From NCBI GenBank assembly GCA_004524445.1, contig SDNP01000050.1:1-12354 (forward strand): a stretch of DNA of 12,354 nucleotides, given 5' to 3'. How positions within the stretch are numbered: the stretch's first letter is position 1; the number at the start of each line of letters is the position of its first letter. Source of the DNA: Candidatus Thorarchaeota archaeon (GTDB lineage Archaea; Asgardarchaeota; Thorarchaeia; Thorarchaeales; Thorarchaeaceae). A model generated the notes under the pieces. That model saw only the letters and a program-made list of their open reading frames with translations. It searched no databases and was not told the origin of the DNA. This document shows positions 7,837 through 12,354 of this stretch, one piece after another. Made by a program: the position numbers and the translations under genes.

Positions 7837-9528
7837 ATGGGAGAGATTAAATTGGATAGACCCTGGTACGACCACTATGTCGGTGATACACCGCGTGAAA
7901 TTACAATTCCTGATGGCCCACTTTGGGCTTATCTTGACAGAGCAGTTGAAGAGTTTCCTGATAACATGGCTCTTCACTATGAAGGAGTAGAGATGACCTA
8001 CCGGGAGCTTGGTGAACTTGTTGATAAGGCAGCAAATGGGTTCGCCAGACTCGGTGTGACAAAAGGAGATACTGTGGCAATCATGTTGCCTAATTGTCCA
8101 CAATTTGTCATATCTTACTTCGGAGCTCTAAAAGCGGGAGCGACTGTTACGCCAGTCAATCCTATGAGCATGCCTAAGGAATTGAGAATATATCTTCAAG
8201 ATACGGGAGCCAAGACTATGGTTACTCTGAACTTCTTCTACAAGACTGTGAATGCTGTCAGACAGGAGAGTAACCTGGAGAATGTGATTGTCACCGCTGC
8301 TTGGGACCCAATGAGTAAGCTAAAGCAAATACTGGCTCCGCTTTTAGTCTACAGGAAGCAGATGAAGGATGTACCCCCTCTTCAGGAAGGCGACTTGGAG
8401 TGGAATGAATGGCTGGATCGATCAGTTCCCGAGCCACCTGTTGTCGTCGTTGACCCTAGTAAAGACCTAGCGGTATACCAATTTACTGGAGGCACGACAG
8501 GGATACCAAAAGCTGCTATGCTGACTCACAACAATTTGAAGGCAAACTGTGAGCAATGTGGTGCTTGGATGTCGTGGATGGCTGATAGAGGAAAGGAGCT
8601 TTTCGTAGCAGCTTTGCCAATGCAGCATATCTTCGGGCAGACAGTGTCAATGAACCTTGCGATATCATGGGGTTGTGGAATAATTCTCATTCCCGATCCA
8701 AGAGATATAGAGAATCTGCTTGGCAAGATGGACAAGCTGAATCCAACTTTCTTCCCCATTGTCGCAACGCTTGCTATCGCTATATACAGCTCCGATGTCG
8801 TCGATAAGTATGACATAACTTCACTCAAGCTTTCAATTGCTGGAGCCATGGCGCTGCCCGCAGAAGTCACAAGGAAGTTTGAGGAGGCAACAAATTCAAT
8901 CATTATTGAGGGCTACGGATTGACCGAAGCTTCACCCGTGACTCATGCTAACCCTCTTGACAAGGAAGCACGGAGGATTGGGTCTATTGGTTTGCCTTTC
9001 CCCAGCACGGATAGCAAAATCGTTGATTTGGATGACAGGTCAAAGGACCTTCCCGCTGGCGAGGTAGGCGAGCTGGGTGTCAAGGGACCGCAGGTCATGC
9101 AGGGGTACCACAATCGTCCGGAGGAAACAGAAAACGTACTTACTGATGACGGGTGGTTGTTTACTGGAGATATTGCAAAGATGGATCCAGACGGCTGGAC
9201 ATACATTGTTGACCGCAAGAAGGATCTCATCAACGCTTCCGGATTCAAAGTCTGGCCCCGTGATGTCGAAGAAGTCCTCTTTGAACATCCTAAGGTGAAG
9301 GAAGCAGCTGTTGTAGGTGTTCCTGACGAAGTTCGAGGAGAAACTGTAAAAGCGTTCATTGTCCTCGAACCCGGCGAGTCATCTTCTCTAGAGGAGATTC
9401 GCTCGTTCTGTAAGGAAAAAATGGCAGCCTATAAGGTTCCCACTGATGTGGAGTTTGTGGAAACACTTCCCAAATCAATGGTGGGTAAAGTCCTGAGAAG
9501 GGAACTTAGAGAACAAGAAGAAGAATGA
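7837..9528 (+). CDS. fadD: Long-chain-fatty-acid--CoA ligase (ANL adenylate-forming family)
   Basis: AMP-binding loop QFTGGTTGIPKAA, EGYGLTEASP, GPQVMQGY, TGDI, IVDRKKDLI and the C-terminal catalytic Lys in LPKSMVGK. Chain-length specificity is assumed from overall similarity. Confidence 0.92.
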   Translation: MGEIKLDRPWYDHYVGDTPREITIPDGPLWAYLDRAVEEFPDNMALHYEGVEMTYRELGELVDKAANGFARLGVTKGDTVAIMLPNCPQFVISYFGALKAGATVTPVNPMSMPKELRIYLQDTGAKTMVTLNFFYKTVNAVRQESNLENVIVTAAWDPMSKLKQILAPLLVYRKQMKDVPPLQEGDLEWNEWLDRSVPEPPVVVVDPSKDLAVYQFTGGTTGIPKAAMLTHNNLKANCEQCGAWMSWMADRGKELFVAALPMQHIFGQTVSMNLAISWGCGIILIPDPRDIENLLGKMDKLNPTFFPIVATLAIAIYSSDVVDKYDITSLKLSIAGAMALPAEVTRKFEEATNSIIIEGYGLTEASPVTHANPLDKEARRIGSIGLPFPSTDSKIVDLDDRSKDLPAGEVGELGVKGPQVMQGYHNRPEETENVLTDDGWLFTGDIAKMDPDGWTYIVDRKKDLINASGFKVWPRDVEEVLFEHPKVKEAAVVGVPDEVRGETVKAFIVLEPGESSSLEEIRSFCKEKMAAYKVPTDVEFVETLPKSMVGKVLRRELREQEEE

Positions 9529-9531
9529 AAA

Positions 9532-9575
9532 GAGTGCTGAGGAAATCATCCCTCAGCTCCCTGCTTTTATTTCCC
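9532..9575 (+). terminator. Possible terminator hairpin between the convergent fadD and APRT-like genes
   Basis: GCTGAGG (9536-9542) and CCTCAGC (9551-9557) form a 7-bp stem with an 8-nt loop, followed by the pyrimidine-rich tract CTTTTATTTCCC. Confidence 0.5.
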
Positions 9576-9583
9576 TGTGCTAT

Positions 9584-10144
9584 TCAATCAACAGGATTGA
9601 GTACATCTGTTTGTAAATCAGTAATCAGAGAGTGAAGCTCAGGGCGACCAAGCAATTTTCTCCTCGTTTCGCTCATATTGTTGATGACGCATGCCACCCC
9701 AATGACTTGTGCTCCCAGCTTGTTAATGGCCTTTGTAACAGCCAAAACGGTGGTGCCTTGAATGAGCCAATCATCAACAACTGCAACTCTATCTCCTTGA
9801 TCAATTGATTCCGAAACAAGTGCCAACCTTCTGTCAGCAAATCTACTTGATGGCATCCATTCAACAGGACGAGCATAGTCCTCGGGCAAGTAGGCTATCG
9901 ACCGAGCAGGAACAATACCACAACCAAGATAATATGCAATTGCACTTCCAAGTGCTAAACCTCTCTGCTCAATTCCTACAACCTTATTTGGCTGAAGTTC
10001 AACAAGGGGTTTAGCGAGCTTGACAACAGCTTCGTGAAAGATGCTGGGATGTTCCAAGAGCCTACTGATGTCACATACCGCTTTTCCCGGTTCAGGCCAA
10101 TCTTCTATTACGTCAACGTAGTCTCGGAAATCAATGTCTGTCAT
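9584..10144 (-). CDS. Adenine phosphoribosyltransferase-like protein (type I PRTase fold) with divergent active-site motifs
   Basis: Colinear with APRT: DWPEPG...DIS.LL, KVVGIEQRG..LG, and a PRPP-loop-like RVAVVDDWLIQGTT. The start is probably the ATG at 10144, preceded by SD-like GAGGTTGA; the ORF track gives an ATG at 10180. Confidence 0.88.
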   Translation of the reverse strand: MTDIDFRDYVDVIEDWPEPGKAVCDISRLLEHPSIFHEAVVKLAKPLVELQPNKVVGIEQRGLALGSAIAYYLGCGIVPARSIAYLPEDYARPVEWMPSSRFADRRLALVSESIDQGDRVAVVDDWLIQGTTVLAVTKAINKLGAQVIGVACVINNMSETRRKLLGRPELHSLITDLQTDVLNPVD

Positions 10145-10151
10145 TCTCGTG

Positions 10152-10159
10152 TCAACCTC
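10152..10159 (-). promoter_or_regulatory. Shine-Dalgarno-like site supporting the 10144 start of the APRT-like gene
   Basis: The minus strand reads GAGGTTGA-CACGAGA-ATG. Confidence 0.5.
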
Positions 10160-10337
10160 GGTCTCCAAAAGTCTAAGCATAGGAGATATTTCTTTCTGTT
10201 TGGATAAAATTGGCTGTCACCTTTAAGTCTACAGGCTCAGGTGCGAAAAGATTAAGACTCGGAATAGGCAGAGGTATTCATGACTTGAATGGAGTTGCAA
10301 GGCTCTGAGAATACCAGGCACAACGATTTCCATTGCA

Positions 10338-11555
10338 TTGCTACCAGGATATGTCGAGGTGCGGGATAAGGGATCTATCAAGAAAAAAATCAAGGTGAAA
10401 CGCAAATCCTTCGAGGATATTCAAAAAGAACTCCAAACCTTTCTTCGATACAATGGCAAGGTATTAGCACCAGGAATCCTGGAGGAAACTATGGATCAAA
10501 TCGGCGTAAGAGAAGCCACTGTCTCTTCAGGAGCGAAGGCTCAAGCTGCAAGAGAGGTGCCTTTGGATGACGAACCCAAACCGTCAACAACTGTCAAAAA
10601 AGAAGTTTCGGCCATTATAGCTGAGAGCATTGATAGTCAGTCTGATGAGGATTCGAATCTTGAATCAGGTGACTTAGATGGCTTCCAAGAGGCTCTATCC
10701 GCTGTGGATGAAATCAGTGACAAGTTCTTGTCCCCCACATCTCATGATGAAGCTGTCAAAGCGCCAAAGGTCAAGGTATCGTTTTCAGGGAAATCAGAAA
10801 TCACTGCCTCATCAAAAACACGCGCCACTCAGGTGAGGCCAATCCCGAAGCAATCAGTTGACGAATCTACTCGAGAAGAAACAGAAACAGGTTTGGAGCA
10901 AGAACTCCGGGCAGAATCCACAGATGGAGTTGCCGTGGAGAAAGAAACCAAACTGAATAAGACTCCTGCGCATGTCATTAAACCGTTGGTAGAGACCAAA
11001 GTAATCATACTTGGAGAAGAGGGAGTAGGCAAGGGTTCGCTCCTTCGGAATGCGGAATTTAGTCCAGAATTATATGACGAAGATGCAGAGGTTGTCGAGC
11101 CATATGCATATTCCAAAACATATGAACTTGAGAATCATAGAGTTAAAACGAAAGTGTGGCTCTTCGATAAGGCGGCTGATTTGAATATATCACGCGTAGA
11201 GTATTACTCTAATGCCAGCGTCATAATAATCGTTTACTCCGTAGCAGATAGATGGAGCTTTGATAGCATTGAGTTCTGGTTGAAAGAGGCTGCAATGCAT
11301 TATGAAAGCCAGCCACCAATAGTCATTGTGGGGAATAAGAAGGATTTGAGAGAGGCGCCTGCTGAATTTGATGAACTGGATGATGCCGCCGTTTCAACAG
11401 ACGAGGGCTTTGCTCTTGCTGAAGAAATGGCAAAGAAACTGGGAGAAGAGGATCAACTGCACCCTGTGGCATTTATCGAATGTAGCTGCTTGTCAGGTGA
11501 AGGAATTGATGATGTATTCCGGACTGCAGCAGAGCTATTTGAGAAGTCACTGTAA
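10338..11555 (+). CDS. Ras-superfamily (Rab-like) small GTPase domain protein with a long N-terminal extension and degenerate G motifs
   Basis: The C-terminal ~185 aa contain KVIILGEEGVGKGS (G1), YYSNASVIIIVYSVADRWSF..I.FWL.E (Rab/Ras-like), IVIVGNKKDL (G4) and FIECSC..GEGIDDVF (G5). The start is uncertain: TTG 10338, with the frame open back to 10284 and a CTG at 10305. Confidence 0.9.
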   Translation: MLPGYVEVRDKGSIKKKIKVKRKSFEDIQKELQTFLRYNGKVLAPGILEETMDQIGVREATVSSGAKAQAAREVPLDDEPKPSTTVKKEVSAIIAESIDSQSDEDSNLESGDLDGFQEALSAVDEISDKFLSPTSHDEAVKAPKVKVSFSGKSEITASSKTRATQVRPIPKQSVDESTREETETGLEQELRAESTDGVAVEKETKLNKTPAHVIKPLVETKVIILGEEGVGKGSLLRNAEFSPELYDEDAEVVEPYAYSKTYELENHRVKTKVWLFDKAADLNISRVEYYSNASVIIIVYSVADRWSFDSIEFWLKEAAMHYESQPPIVIVGNKKDLREAPAEFDELDDAAVSTDEGFALAEEMAKKLGEEDQLHPVAFIECSCLSGEGIDDVFRTAAELFEKSL

Positions 11556-11670
11556 ACATATTTACATATCGCCGTGTTCATGATATCACTCGGAAATATA
11601 GTAAGAGATAGTAACAAATAAGATAAGCAAGGCTGATGATGATAGAGTATCGGGGACATCCATTCAAGAG

Positions 11671-11985
11671 TTGATTACAATAACCGAGAAGCGCTGTGAA
11701 AGCTGTGGTAAGGTTTTCGAAATGCCAACCAGAGCAAAAACACTAGAAGATAACTTCACTCATGAGAAAATGAGAGATCTCTGTATTTGTGAAGAGTGTT
11801 TTCATAAGCGGTTTAGCATTGAAACAAAAAAGAGCAGTGGCTATGGCGGAACCATTTATGAACTTGAAGAAAAGGGTCAGCCAAGATTTGGATTGGGAAG
11901 CAAGTCATTCACCTGCTTGAAATGCGCTTGGGTAGCCTGGACTGAGGAAGGACTCCTCGCTCACATGAACCATAGACATGAATAG
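11671..11985 (+). CDS. Small zinc-binding protein: N-terminal C4-type site plus a C-terminal C2H2 zinc finger
   Basis: Contains CESC...CICEEC and FTCLKC-AWVAWTEEGLLA-HMNHRH (C-x2-C-x12-H-x4-H). TTG start. Confidence 0.85.
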   Translation: MITITEKRCESCGKVFEMPTRAKTLEDNFTHEKMRDLCICEECFHKRFSIETKKSSGYGGTIYELEEKGQPRFGLGSKSFTCLKCAWVAWTEEGLLAHMNHRHE

Positions 11986-11988
11986 AAT

Positions 11989-12354
11989 TCAGACCCTCTT
12001 CTCTATTTCTTTAGGGTCAACCACTCTGATCATTTCATGGCCTCGCAATCGGACACCATTAACCTTTGCTGCAGCATTCTCCAGTATACCCATTCGGTAT
12101 ACAGTAGTTCTGGGACCGTGACCTTTGAGCCACTTCAAGGACGATAATTCAAGCTTGTCGTTTTCTGTGAAGTAAATCGCAAGGTCGGTAGCCAAAGCAT
12201 TCGTTCTATCAAACATGGCTGCTGCAAAACCAGCGCTGGGAGCTGCAAAGCCAGCTATCACCCAGATTATGATTAATGGATCCTGACCGTAATACTCGAA
12301 GAAGAAAATAAACCCTGCAAATATAGGCTGTACTAGTGCAAGGATTACCAAGAA
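11989..12354 (-). CDS. 3' end of a hypothetical membrane protein (5'-truncated by the window edge)
   Basis: The frame is open to the right edge. Two hydrophobic segments are followed by a soluble tail. The stop lies 3 nt from the convergent zinc-finger gene stop. Confidence 0.75.
   Translation of the reverse strand, partial: FLVILALVQPIFAGFIFFFEYYGQDPLIIIWVIAGFAAPSAGFAAAMFDRTNALATDLAIYFTENDKLELSSLKWLKGHGPRTTVYRMGILENAAAKVNGVRLRGHEMIRVVDPKEIEKRV

Noticed and set aside
9524-9565. Hairpin after the fadD TGA considered as a SECIS or readthrough signal
   Set aside because: fadD is complete at this stop, no Sec-type in-frame TGA gene is evident in the window, and the non-canonical GA quartet geometry is missing.
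11578-11642. Possible C/D-box sRNA in the GTPase-zinc finger spacer (ATGATAT ... CTGA about 55 nt apart, plus TGATGA)
   Set aside because: The C box is a poor match, no convincing internal D'/C' pair is present, and the good TGATGA overlaps the CTGA in the wrong order.
443-11659. The many short alternative ORFs in the track (e.g. 1119-1415, 2023-2376, 4152-4679, 8526-8903, 8943-9359, 10829-11116)
   Set aside because: They overlap longer, better-supported genes on the opposite strand or in another frame, and show no motifs of their own. They are most likely shadow ORFs.
1-12354. CRISPR arrays, tRNA/rRNA genes, IS elements, integrases, tandem repeats
   Set aside because: None were seen. Intergenic gaps are all under about 200 bp and lack repeat-spacer periodicity or cloverleaf signatures.

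Overview
Gene-dense archaeal-type chromosomal window with 12 supportable CDSs, two of them cut by the window edges. I found no RNA genes, CRISPR array or mobile element. The left and centre are rich in lipid-handling enzymes (monoacylglycerol-lipase-like alpha/beta hydrolase, glycerophosphodiester phosphodiesterase, geranylgeranyl-reductase-family flavoprotein, long-chain acyl-CoA ligase), interleaved with uncharacterised membrane proteins. One of these is a small 2-TM protein with a DnaJ-type CxxCxGxG zinc finger. The right end is the most unusual part. It holds an APRT homolog that has lost several catalytic motifs, transcribed divergently from a Rab/Ras-like GTPase with a long acidic N-terminal extension and degenerate G1/G2/G3 motifs. 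The GTPase is followed by a small protein carrying a C4 zinc site and a canonically spaced C2H2 finger. The mix of a Rab-like GTPase, GGR and intron-free prokaryotic gene packing suggests an Asgard archaeon, possibly Thorarchaeia; this is inference only. All calls are from reading motifs by eye, and no searches were run.
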